DNA of 64,000 nucleotides, taken from contig CM052817.1 of assembly GCA_028534125.1 (NCBI GenBank), positions 40,798,001 to 40,862,000 of the forward strand, in the 5' to 3' direction. This DNA comes from Lama glama (lineage: Eukaryota). Within the stretch, counting starts at the first letter, position 1; every line of letters begins with the position of its first letter. The position numbers and the translations under genes are program-made. Below are positions 25,101 to 36,659 of the stretch, one piece after another. Under the pieces are notes generated by a model. That model saw nothing but the letters and a program-made list of their open reading frames with translations. It ran no database searches and had not been told where the DNA came from.

Positions 25101-25932
25101 CGCCAGGCTGGCAAACCTGTCTTCAAACCTAGAGGACCCCGTAGAGTTAATAAATGCACAAAATGCTAGAGTTCAATTTGAAAGAGCAGTTTCTGCATTG
25201 TGAGTCTTAATAAACCTTTTGGATACAGAAAATATATAGTTTTTCTTTTCTTGTTCGGTACACTGATGAGATTTCATCAGCTTGTAACAGCTCTAATGGT
25301 GAGAGCTATAAACCCATTTGGAAAAATATTTTTTTAAATTCTGAATCATTTCTCACATTTGAGTCTTTTGAAAGTGTTCTTAAAATTCTAACTGACTTGG
25401 AGTACTTTCCAGATACAAACAATTACCTCATTATTTTAGGACTAACTATTTAAATTCAGTGTCCAGTCATGGTTTAAAAAAAAACTTTGGGGAAAGATAG
25501 CAAGATATAGAAGAATAAATCTTGAGACTTCTAAGTAAAAATTCTGAGATAGAATATGAGCCACCCTAATGAATTATGTTTAGAAAAATTTTATCTGGTA
25601 AAGGTTTTATTTCCCTTCCTAATAGTTTGAGATGCTACTTAGTTTGTTCTTGCACATTGCATTACTAATTTTATTTTTCCCATTATTTTTGTCTTGGTTT
25701 GACTGTCTTTTAGAAGGATTTTAAATCTGTTTTGGTACCTCTGTTGAAAAATTAATAAGATTACTTGTATTTTATTTAGAATATGGGGAAAATTTTAGAA
25801 CAATTCAGACATTTTGTCTTCCAAATGTAGGGAAAATAGCAAAAAACATCCCTTAATTTAAACTTATGTTTTCATTGTATTATGCAAGTGCATACAATTT
25901 ACTTTTTTTGTTTCTTGTTTATAATATTCTTC

Positions 25933-26497
25933 TTTTAAAAATTGAAGTGCATTTGATGCACAATATTATATAAGTTACAAGTGTACAATATAGTGGTTCG
26001 CAGCTTTTAAAGTTGTAGTCCACTTATAGTGCTTATAAAATATTGGTTATATTTCCTGTGTTGTATAATATAAGCTTGTAGTTTATTTTATACATAATAG
26101 TTTGTATGTCTTAATCCCCTGTACTGCCCCTCTCCCTTTTCCTCTCCTCACTGGTAACCACTAGTTTGTTCTCTGTATTTGTGAGTCTGTTTCTTTTTTG
26201 TTATATTCACTAGTTTGTTGTACTTTTTAGATTCCACATATAAGTGATATCATACAGTATTTGTCTTTCTCTATTGACTTTTTTCACTTAGCATAATACC
26301 CTCCAAGTTTATCTGCATTGTTGCAAATGGCAAAATTCCATTCTTTTTATGGCTGAGTAGTATTCCATTGTGTGTGTGTGTGTGTGTGTGTGTGTACCAC
26401 ATCTTTCTTTTATCCATTCATCTGTTGGTAGACACTGAGGTTGCTTCCATTTGTTGGCAATTGTAAATAAATGTTGCTATGAACCTTGGAGTACATC
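25933..26497 (-). mobile_element. Cetartiodactyl-type L1 3' end with internal (TG)n at ~26369-26395
   Basis: ctggtaaccactagtttgttctc...tttagattccacatataagtgatatcatacagtatttgtc...ttgcaaatggcaaaattccattctttttatggctgagtagtattccattg. Confidence 0.92.
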
Positions 26498-26919
26498 ATA
26501 CTATTTACTCTTAACTATACTAGAAAAAAATTAATTTATTACATTGTCCTGATTTATCCTTCTTAGCTTGTAATTTAGTTTGTTTAAAAACAAACACTCA
26601 TTTTATAAAAGCTTTATTGGGATATAATTGATACACAGAATTTTGCTCTGAAAGTGTACAGTTGCTGCAAAGTATACAATTTGATAGATTTTGACATATG
26701 CATGCACAGTGAATGTGAAATTATGATAATTAAGGTAATGAACTTATCCATCATTCCCAAAAGCTTCATTGTGTCTGTTTATAATCACTTCATCTGTCCC
26801 TTACCCCTCACCTGTACCCATAGGCAACCACTGATTTGTCTTCTGTCTTTACGGGTTAGTTTGTATTTTCCAGGGTTTTGTAACAGTGGAACCATACTGT
26901 TTGTACTCATTTTTTTTTC

Positions 26920-27325
26920 TGTGGTTTTATCTTGTTCTTTCATGTGGAATATATCTGTTTCTTCATTTTCCTTGACTCTTTGGGCTTGTTTCTATGCATT
27001 AGATGAAAATAGCCACCTCCCCCAGTCTTGAAGGAGTGGCCTTGTAGAAGATAAACTTTATCATTCAACCTCACCCTAACTCTTGGTCCTCTCTCAAACC
27101 TTTGTGATGTCCAAACAGCCTACTTTGTTTTTACTGGCTCCCAGTAGTTGAGGATGTGCCAAAACATGTCAGTGTCTCAAAAAGGAAGATCTAGTTAGCA
27201 GGTAGATTCAGGCTATTTGGAAGCCAGACCCTCAGGCAGCAGCTTTTAAAGTTTGCAAATACACCTCTTTCAGGGGGAGACTGGAAGATGGGTGTTTCTG
27301 CCTGCTCCCTTTGCATTCAGACTTG
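26920..27325 (-). mobile_element. Probable L1 5'-region fragment inserted in the older L1 3' end
   Basis: tttatcttgttctttcatgtggaatatatc...cttcattttccttgactct...cccagtcttgaaggagtggccttgt resembles L1 5'UTR/ORF1-start sequence; host L1 resumes at ~27325. Confidence 0.55.
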
Positions 27326-27741
27326 TACTTACTTTGTCTTGTTTTTTTCTCATTATTTTGTGATCAAGCCATGTTACTGTGTGTATCAATAGTTCATTAT
27401 TTTTCTGAGAGTATTTTTTTTGTATAAATATGCCATAACTGGTTTATTTATTCACCTGTTGATAGACATTTGGATTGTTTACAGTTTTTGGCTTTTACAA
27501 ATAAAGTTGTTATGAACATTCCTGTACAAATAGACATATACTTTTATTTCTTGAGTAATACTAGAAGTGGAATGGCTAGATTATATGGTAGGTGTTCATT
27601 TATCGTTTAAGGAATTGCTGAACTGTTTTCCTAATTGGTTGGCCTACTTTACATTTTCATTGGCAGTGTATAAGTGTTCCAGTTCCTCCACATCCTTAAC
27701 TATCACTTGGTATGGTCAACTTTTTAAATTTTAGCCATTTT

Positions 27742-28312
27742 TTAAAAACTGAAGTATAGTTGATTGACAATGTTTCAAGTGTACAGCAAAGTGATTCAGT
27801 TATACATATATATTCTTTTTCAGGTTCTTTTCTATTATATGTTATTAGAAGATATTGAATATAGTTTTGTGTGCTATACAGTAGGTCCTTGTTGTTTATC
27901 TATTTTATACATGGTAGTGTGTATCTGTTGATCCCAAACTCCTAATTTATCCCTCCACTATTAAGTCCGTATTGTTTATCTGTTTTATACATATTAGTGT
28001 GTATCTGTTAATCCTAAATTCCTAATTTATCCCTCCCCCCATCTCCTTTGGTAAGTTTATTTTCTGTGACCATAAATTTGAGTCTATTTCTGTTTTATAA
28101 ATTCATTTGTAACATTTTTTTAGATTCCACATACGATACTCGTCTTTCTCTGTCTGACTTACTTCACTTAGTATGATAATCTCTTGGTTCATCCATATTG
28201 CTGCAAATGGCATTATTTTGTTCTTTTTATGACTGAATAATATTCCTGTGTGTGTGTGTGTGTGTGTGTGTGTCTCAAATCTTCTTTATCCATTCTTCTG
28301 TTGATGGACAAC
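27742..28312 (-). mobile_element. Younger L1 3' end nested in the old L1, with TSD
   Basis: ctgaagtatagttgattgacaatg...tttagattccacat...(TG)n...gttgatggaca; 12-bp TSD tttagccatttt at 27730-27741 and 28313-28324. Confidence 0.92.
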
Positions 28313-28925
28313 TTTAGCCATTTTAATAGGTGTGTAGAGGTTATTTCATTTTGGCTTTAATTTATGTTTGCCTAATGACTAATGATGTTGAACATCTTAT
28401 CATGGATTTATTTGACATTCATATATCTTCTTTGGTGAAATGTCTATTCAAATAATTTGCCCATTTTGATTTTTTTTATTACTGAATTTCGAGAGTTCTT
28501 TATTCTGGTTACAAGTACTTTATCAGATAAATGATTTGCAAATATTTTCTTCTAGTCTGTTCCTTATTTTTTTATCCTCTTAACAGTAACTTGTGATAAG
28601 AAATTTTAAATTTTTATGAAGCTCAATTTACCATTTTTCCTTTTGTTGATCATGCATTGATGTCATAGCTATGAAATATTTATTTAATCCAAGGTCATAA
28701 AGGTTTTTTCCTATATATTCTTGTGGAAATTTCCCAGTTTTACATTTTATATTTAGGTCATCTATCCATTTTGAATTAATTGTTGCACATAGTTAGAGGT
28801 ATGAATCAAAGCTTTTGTGTATGTGTGTGTATGTGTGTACAGATGCAAAATTATTCCTACCACTTGTTGAAAAAATGATCCTTTCTCCACCAAATTGCCT
28901 TTTTATATTTGTCAAAAATCAGTTG

Positions 28926-29023
28926 CCTTGATAACTCTGTGTACTTTCTACTCAATTTTGCTGTGAACCTATATCTGCTCTAAAAAATAGTCTATAAAAA
29001 AAGAAAAGAGCAGCAAAAGCAAA
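28926..29023 (+). mobile_element. Extremely 5'-truncated L1 tail in + orientation, with TSD
   Basis: tgtactttctactcaattttgctgtgaacctatatctgctctaaaaaatagtcta plus A-rich tail; TSD caaaaatcagttg (28913-28925) / caaaaatcaattg (29024-29036). Confidence 0.8.
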
Positions 29024-29797
29024 CAAAAATCAATTGTTCACGTAAGTTTGTTTTGGAACTTTCTGTGTTCCATTGATTTATTTGCCTATCTTTGCACTAA
29101 TACCAAACTATCTTGAATACAGTAGCTGTATGATGTCTTAAAATCTGATCCTCTCACTATGCTATTCTTTCTTAAAGTTGTTTTGGCTATTCTAGGTTCC
29201 TGGAATTGCCATATGAATTTTAGAATCAACTTACCAATTTTTATAAAAAAGCATGCTGGGATTCTTTTGGGGGGAGATCTATAGATTAATCTGGGGATAA
29301 CTGACCTCCCAACAATACTGTATATTCTGACCTATCAGCACGATGCATCCCTCCATTCATGCAGGCCTGTTATTTTTGTCAGCAACGTTATGGTTTTCAG
29401 AGTATAGGTTTTGCATCTTTTACATTTTTGCAGTGTATATCTTTCATCTGATTTATCCCTGAGTATTTTGTATTTTTAATGTTATTATAAGTTGCATTGT
29501 TTCTTGAATTTTAATTTCTGATTATTCATCGATTATTTACAAAAATACAATGGGTTCTTTTATATTGATCTTTGATCCTGCAAAACTGCAACCTTCACTG
29601 CTTAGTTCTAGTTGCTTTTCTGTAGATTCCATTGTAGTTTCTACATAGGCAATCATATTGACATATTTTTCTTTTGTTACTTTAAAGATGTTGCTCCATT
29701 GTCTTTTTCTGTATCCTATTTCCCATGAGAAATCTGCTGTCATTTTATATTTGTTCTTGTGTGTATAATGTGTTTTTTCCCCTGGCTGCTTTAAAGC

Positions 29798-29930
29798 TTT
29801 TTTTGTTTTGTTTTGTTTTTGTTTTTCTCTTTTTCTTATTGAAGTTTATTCAGTTACAATGTGTCAGTCTCTGGTGGACAGCATAATGTCCCAGTCATAC
29901 ATATACATACATATATTTGTTTTCATATTC
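29798..29930 (-). mobile_element. Short lineage-specific L1 tail inserted in the ORF1 remnant
   Basis: (TTTTG)n tail then ttattgaagtttattcagttacaatgtgtcagtctctggtggacagcataatgtcccagtcatacatatacatac. Confidence 0.8.
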
Positions 29931-31429
29931 TAAAATTTTTTTTCTTTATGTCACTGGTGTGAGTAATTTTATTATGGTGTGCCTTGGTGTCATTTTCTCA
30001 TGTTTCTTGTGCTTGAAGTAAGTGAGCTTCTTGGTTCTGTGAGTTAATCTTAATTAAGTTTATAATATTTTCATCAATTATTTATTAAATGTTTTTCACT
30101 CCCTACCTCCTCTTCTTTGGGACTCCAGCACATGCATATTAGACCTCTTGAAGTTGTCGCAAAGCTCACTGACTCTCCGTTCATTTCTAAAATTCTTTTT
30201 TCTCTCTGTGTTTCATTTTGAAAAATTTCTATTAGTCTGCCTTCAATTTAATAATATTTTCTTCTACAATGTCTAACCTGCCATTAATCTCTTCCAGTGT
30301 ATTTTTGCTTTTAGATGTTGTAGTTTTCATCTTTAGAAGTTTTGTTTGGATCGTTTTCATATCTTCCTTATCTCTAGTTTTTGACAATAAGAAATATAGT
30401 TTTAACAACTATTATAATGTCCTTGTCTGTTCATTCTAACAATTATGTCTGTTCTGTGTCAGTTTTAATTTTTTTGGGTTTTTTTCCTCATTAAGATTTA
30501 TATTTTCCTGTTTCTTTACATTCTTGATAATTTTTGATTGGATTCCAGACATTGTAAATTTTGCCTTTTTGAATGCCGAACATTTTTGTATTCCTGAAAG
30601 TATTTTTGTGCTTTATTTTGGAATGCAGTTCAGTTACTTACAAACAGTTTATTCCTACCAGGTCTTATTTTAAAGATTTGTTAGGCTCACTTAGAAGTGT
30701 GTTAGTTTAAGGGAATTATTCCCCACTTCTGAGGCCGTCTTCTTCCCAGTACCCTACCCAGTGATGCGCTGTGATGCTTCCCTGTCTGCCTTGAGGGAAC
30801 AGGCACTATTTGCAGTCTTAGGTGGACTCAAGGGTTGTTCTTTCTAATCCTTTTAGGTGGTTCTTTCCCCAGCCTCAGATCGTATCCTCATATTTATGTG
30901 CAAATTGGTACCTTGTTCAATTGTTTAGAGAGATCTTCTGCAGATCTCTGGAATTCTCTCTCTTTGAAAGTCTCTGCTCTTTGGTTCTCTGTTGTGTACG
31001 TTCTAGCTGCCTTGATCTCCCTAGACTCTCACTCTGCCTTTTCAGCTCAGGGAGTCTGCTGGGTTCCCACTGAATTCCCTCTCCCTGGGCTGCACCCTGG
31101 AAGCTCTCAAGGCAGTATCCTGGCACAAATGTAGGCCTTGCCTTCTTTGTTTCTCATTTCTCAGGGATCACTGTTCTTCATGGCCTGCTATCCAGTGTCT
31201 TGAAAACCATTGTTTCCTATATTTTGTTTGTTTTTTTGGTGGTTTCAGGCAGGAGGGTATATCTGGTCTGTATTACTTCAATACTCATTTTTATTGGGCA
31301 ATAATTATATGCTAAGCCATGTGCAAGATACAGTAAGTATACTGGATCAACCAGATGACCTTGCTTGAATTAACTGTATCTGTATTTCTTTCCCCAACTT
31401 TTTATCTGGATCTTTTCTTGTTTTGTCTC

Positions 31430-31960
31430 TGTTATCCCTGTCCTGCTCAAGTTGGCATCTCCTCTCCGCAGTTTTTCTTTTGTGGATTTCCTTCTGGAAG
31501 GGAGCTTTGCTTGGTTAGTTTTGAGAGTTTGTGGGAACCAAGCTCCCCCAGCCCCTTTAGATGTTGCTGAGAACCTCTTGCTCTGCAAATGGGAATGTAA
31601 TGAGTTCTTCTGAGTTTCAACCACTGTCTTCACATTGGCCCATGGTGCTTCCCAGCACTTGCTGCCAATTTTGGGGTTTTCCTGTGCTCAGATCCATCAG
31701 ATGCTCTTTGCTTCTTTCTCTTTCCTTGTGCATGGCAGGGGATACCACATGGTTCTTGTGGCTGCTGGTAGCTTATCCCCACCTGCTCATATTTTCAGGT
31801 TCCTAGGGAAATCTTATCATTTGTTTGTCACCATTTGATGTAAATATTGTTCATGAGTTTTTGGTTTTAGTATCCTGGTTGCTCTGTCTGCTTTTATGGG
31901 GGGATTTGGGGAGATTTAAAAACTATATTGTGGCTGACATCATATTCCCAGAATTCCTCC
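31430..31960 (-). mobile_element. Ancient L1/HAL1-type 5' end
   Basis: Ends tcctggttgctctgtctgcttttatgggggatttgggga...catcatattcccagaattcc, resembling a degenerate gccatcttcccggaagt L1-class 5' terminus. Confidence 0.55.
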
Positions 31961-33699
31961 CTGATCAGTGTGTTTTTCACATTTATCTCTCCATTTGAGA
32001 TACAGCCAACAGTTTTCTGGAAGCTCTGACCCAAAGGTTAATGAAATGGAAACTAGATTGTGATAAAAGAAACTAGCCTAGCTGGAGGTGGCTTGCTAGT
32101 GGGATTATTTTAATGCAACCATTTAATTTTTCTGAATGTGTCTGTCTGTGGCTTAGGATACATTGCTTCCTTATTATTTAATTTACAAATATGATGACAG
32201 TGTATATATCATTTTTATGCATTTCAGATATGCCAAAGCCAGTTTCTGTTTTCTTGCCCTATAAACATGAAAATTACTAAAAAATTTTTGATACAGCACC
32301 ATTAGCTTAAAATTCAGGTATTGGTTCTATTCCATATCACTAGAATTATGAAAGGATTTTACTTTTTACCATGTTGAGCACTTTTTTTTTTAGTCTTCTT
32401 TTGTGAGCTGGGGTTGCTTTCTTTTTTTCCCCCAACCTCTTGTTTTTCTTGGTCTTAAAAATCATTCAGATTGGAAATGTAGGTGTTGAAAAGCTTTTTA
32501 GGGTTTTCATTAGCTTCAAACCTAGACAGTGTCAATTAAACCAATCCAATTTCTTTTGGAATTTTTCTTTTCTTTTTTTTTGAGGAAATTAATCACTGCA
32601 GAAATAAACATGTCATCTGGTCATTTGAAACCTTATAGATTTTTGCTCAAGTTTAAAATTGATTAGAGGTAGTGCTTGGTAGTGGCATGGGGTGAGTGAG
32701 AAAGGAAGGGGACAGAATTAATTATCTCCCCAAATCTATCACACTCCAAGGGCATTTTCTGAAGCATTCTTACTAGGAGTGTATTGTTAGACCTCACCAT
32801 GAAAGGTAAGTGTGTTAGCAATTTTTCCTGATTCACAGGAGAGGAAAATGGGACCCTGAGAAATTCTTAAAAGTCCAGAAAGATGTAATTAATTCCCACA
32901 CGTCTTCCTTGTGTTCTGTGTTCTGCCACAGAAATAGCTGAACTTCCATCAGCAGTGATCATTAATGACCTATACTCTCCCTTACAGTAACGATTTTCTC
33001 TTAATTTTCAGAAAGCTCTCATTTTGGAAACCGTAGAAATTACTGCTATCACACAGATTTTTGTGCACAGGTGGACTTTGATGTACTTGGGTGATTTACG
33101 TCCAGGAGAGGTTTTCTCCTTTTCTGACCTCACTGCTTTGTCCCCTGTACAACCCATGTGCTCCTCCCTTGAGTCTTGCCATGTGTGGTACCCAGCTCAG
33201 GATTGTTTAATTCCCAGTTCCCCACCTTTGCCAGGCTATTGTCTGCTGCCTGAAAAGCCTCCTAATGTCAGCTTTGTTAGTAAGAGTTAATCTCTCCATT
33301 CTTATCTAGCTCAAACTCAGTTCCTGCAGGAAGTTTTCTATTAAAGCTGTTTATTCCCTCTGAGGTGCCACTGGGGCAAAATCCCTTCAGCACGCATATT
33401 TTTGATTTGAATAATAATGCTTCTCACTGCATTTAATATAGCTTTTAGTCCAAACTGGGCTCTGAGTAATGATTACTAACCAACTAACCTACTACCTTTC
33501 CTTGTAGGAAAACCAGTAAGTAAGACTCATGTATCAAAAGTCTGTATTTATTAACGTTTTGAGTGTAAGAGGGTAAAACAAACGTTCTATGGAAACAAAA
33601 GGAGGATGAGTTTAGATAAATTGGGTTTTATACTAGAATTTGGTTATTTGCATATCAATATTTAAATATGGCATATAATAATAACTTTATAAATGCTGC

Positions 33700-33955
33700 T
33701 TGGATAATAAAAATAGCTACTATGTATTACTGAGTACCAGGCACTCTGTAAAGGAACCTGGATTACCTTGTCTCATCCTCCCAATACTTGGAGGTATGTA
33801 CTATTGTTATACTCATTTTACATGTAGGTGGTGACCTTGATGCTTGAAGAAGTTAGGTAACTTGCCCAAGATCACCCAGGTAATAAATAACAGAGAAGTG
33901 GTTTTATTACAGTTGATCTGTACATAGAACTTAGGTTTTTAACCACTCCATTCGG
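33700..33955 (-). mobile_element. MIR SINE
   Basis: aatagctactatgtattactgagtaccaggcactctg...ctcattttacatg...gttaggtaacttgcccaagatcac. Confidence 0.85.
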
Positions 33956-34596
33956 TTCTTAATGCCAAGAATAAGAGTACCATAGTGAATCATCTTTTGT
34001 CCTGTCTGTTTTATCATATCCAGGCAGATTTAAATAGTCTAGAGCAGTGGTTTACAAAAACGTTCTCCAGACCACCTGAATCAGAATCACTCTATTAACA
34101 TGACCGATTCAGTGATTAAGTGTGACATGTAATCTAAGTGCAGCTTTAGCTTTTTCTCCTGCCTGGTTTTGTTCACAGGTCCATTCCACACTGATTCTTG
34201 CTTTAGGAGGTCTTCCTGGGCAGAACCTAAACCAATTAGAGGCCTGCTCTCTCTTGTGTGGCCCACCTGTTCTAAAGAAAACACACAAGCATCTCTTGCA
34301 CCTGTAAATTCTGAGAGCACATACTGATCATAGCCCCCAGCCAACAAGATTCTGTGACTTCAGAACACTTTCACTTTTTCAGAGGTTATGTGGAGCCCTG
34401 TGTCTTTCCATGACCAGGAACACATGATAAAGTGGTCTCATGAGAGCCCCCCTCTCTTTTCGTATTCTGACTGTATTATTTCCTTGTATAGATGAGGCAT
34501 TCAATGTCATGGAACTGGTTTAAAACATTTCTTTCATAAATTCTGTGCATAGAGGGGTCGGTGAGCAGGTGTGTTTTATGCTCGCTTTGATATCTA

Positions 34597-35090
34597 TTGT
34601 GTTGGTGCCTGTGTCCCTCCAGACCCACCCTCCATCTCTACTATCCTCCTGTGTGGCCCAGGACACTGACCAATATGGATTTCACCAGTGGACTCCCTTG
34701 CCTGCTGGCTTCCTGTGGAGTTGGTCAGCAGGGAGTCTCGGGAGAAGCCAGGAAGAAGAGTGAGGTGGGTTAGTAATCCCCTGGCTCCCTTCCTCCCGGG
34801 CTCCCTGGGCTGTCTGCATCCCTGAGCCAAGGCTGTTGGTCAGGCAGCCCTCTCCACCCAACTCTTCTTCTCTCTGATTTTGGTGACAGCTCCCTTCCCT
34901 TGTGTTTTCGGGCCTAGGGATGTTGACAGGTGCCATGCTGTTACTAGACTAGGGCCACTGCATCACCCCTTGTGGTTTCGCTATACTCTGCCCACACCTT
35001 TTGTAAATCCTCCCTTTGTTAAACTCTCTTCATGTTACCCAGCTTCAGGGTGCCATCTGCTTCCTGCTGGGATCCTATTTGATATGACCC
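34597..35090 (+). mobile_element. ERVL solo LTR (LTR33-like)
   Basis: ctcccttgcctgctggcttcctgtggagttggtcagcagggag...ctgcccacaccttttgtaaatcctccctttgttaaactctc...gtgccatctgcttcctgctggga. Confidence 0.85.
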
Positions 35091-35139
35091 TTTAGTTGAA
35101 ACGGACATAGAGATACTGCCATTTTAACATTCTGTTACG

Positions 35140-35265
35140 TGCATTAAAAATATAGATTCCTTAGGCCCCCATTAGACCTACTGGATCACAGTCTGTGGTC
35201 GTGGCATTTGGGAGTCTGCATTTTTAACAAGCACCTCAGATGATGCTAATGCTCACTAAAGAGTC
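35140..35265. mobile_element. MER5-like hAT-Charlie fragment (matching other end possibly at 34044-34090)
   Basis: ttaaaaatatagattccttaggcccc...agacctactggatcac...tctgcatttttaacaagcacctcagatgatgctaatgctcactaaag. Confidence 0.8.
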
Positions 35266-35736
35266 AGATTTAACAGAAGCCTAACATCCGTTCAGGAAGT
35301 GTAGAGATCAAGTTTTGAGTGAGGCCCAACCTGCAGGGATTGAACTGTTTTGCTGCCTGGAAGGCTTACTAAGTTCACATTGGTAAAGTGCTTCCAGGAT
35401 CAGTAATTGAAAAATATTGTTTCCATATTATCCATGTAGCATTTGTGTTTTCTTTTATTTTCTCTAAAAATTACTTCTTTTAAGTGAATTAATTGATATT
35501 TTTGACTGCCACACAAAACTCCTATGTGTGGTCATTTTCTTTTACTTTCCTTGAGATTATAGACATCGATTACCAGTATCAGTTCAAGTTAATTGTTGGC
35601 CTAATACACAGATCTAATATCACATGTTGTTAATACTCCAATTTAATAAGCAATGTTTGAAGTAACTATTACTGCTACATGTTTCCAGAACAACATTTTT
35701 TAAAAGGGAGATTTTTGGAATTAATTTTACTAAGGA

Positions 35737-36243
35737 CGTGACAGGCATAATAATGGTCCACCAAAAATGTCCATGTCCTAATCCCTGGAACCTGTAAATG
35801 TGTTATGTTACATAGCAAAGGGGAATTAAGGTAGTAGATGAAATTAAAGTTGCTAGTCAGATGACCTTGAAATGTTGAGATTATCCTAGAATATCCGAGT
35901 GGTCTCATTGTAATTACAAAGATCCTTCTTAACAGTGGAAAAGGAGAGCAGAAGTCAGTGCCATGTGATCTGAGAAGGACTAGATCTGTTGTTGACTCTG
36001 AGGGTAGAAAAGGGTCATGAGTCAAGGAGTGAAGGCTCCCTCTAGAAGCTGGGAAAAACAAGGAAATGCGTTTTCCCCTAAAGCTGCTGGGAAGGAACAC
36101 AGCCCTGCCAACACCTTGGTTTTAGCCCAGCGAGCCCTGTGTTGGACTTCTAACTTACAGATATTTAAAGATAACACGTTTATATTATTTTAAGCCAGTA
36201 AGTTGCTGATAATTTGGTACAGCCACAATAGAAAACTGATATA
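35737..36243 (+). mobile_element. MaLR solo LTR (MLT1C/D-like)
   Basis: gtccatgtcctaatccctggaacctgtaaatgtgttatgttacatagcaaagg...cacagccctgccaacaccttggttttagcccag...gccacaatagaaaactgatata; flanks aagga/aaggt (4 of 5 matching TSD). Confidence 0.93.
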
Positions 36244-36659
36244 AAGGTTTAAAAGAAATATGGAGAGATTTCAAATAAGAAATCAGTGCTTTAACTGGGG
36301 TCATTTACCCTGCAAACCTCAAAGTATGCAAAGGCTGTAATTATCATGTCTGAGTGTTTGAAAATTTGATTCATTCCTTTGGCTCTCTGGTGGGTGACAT
36401 CATGAGTTTTTGATATTTTAATTATGGGGTTGGTCGGGGAAGCACATTATACACAGAGAGCAAGAACGAGGAACCTGTGACCTGCTGTTGGACCCACCCT
36501 GAGCCAGGGCTTGACTGCCTGGCTGACCTTCAGTGAGTGGCAGGCCAGCCCCTGAGAGAAGGTACCTCCTTAGAGACCCTGTTCTGTTGTGTCTCTAGGA
36601 ACCTGTCAGCCCATCACTGTGCCAGTGGTGGAGGCTAGCCAAGGAGCAGGAGTACCTGT

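Larger units (their letters stand above)
26600..31285 (-). mobile_element. Old L1 (L1MC-like) with 3' end, ORF2 remnant, ORF1 remnant and 5' end; internally deleted and hosting nested insertions
   Basis: 3' end gctttattgggatataattgatac...ataggcaaccactgatt; ORF2-derived sequence to ~29655; ORF1 motif TADFS...RQWSNIFKV.KEK; 5'-end-like sequence to ~31285. Confidence 0.8.

Noticed and set aside
27881..28040. Direct repeats considered as a CRISPR-like or spaced array
   Set aside because: Only two adjacent units with no spacers, inside an L1 3'UTR in mammalian DNA; no CRISPR array or other prokaryotic system was found anywhere in the window
32803..32811. Perfect donor AAG|GTAAGT
   Set aside because: Lies in a degenerate MIR-like fragment with no upstream acceptor or exon support
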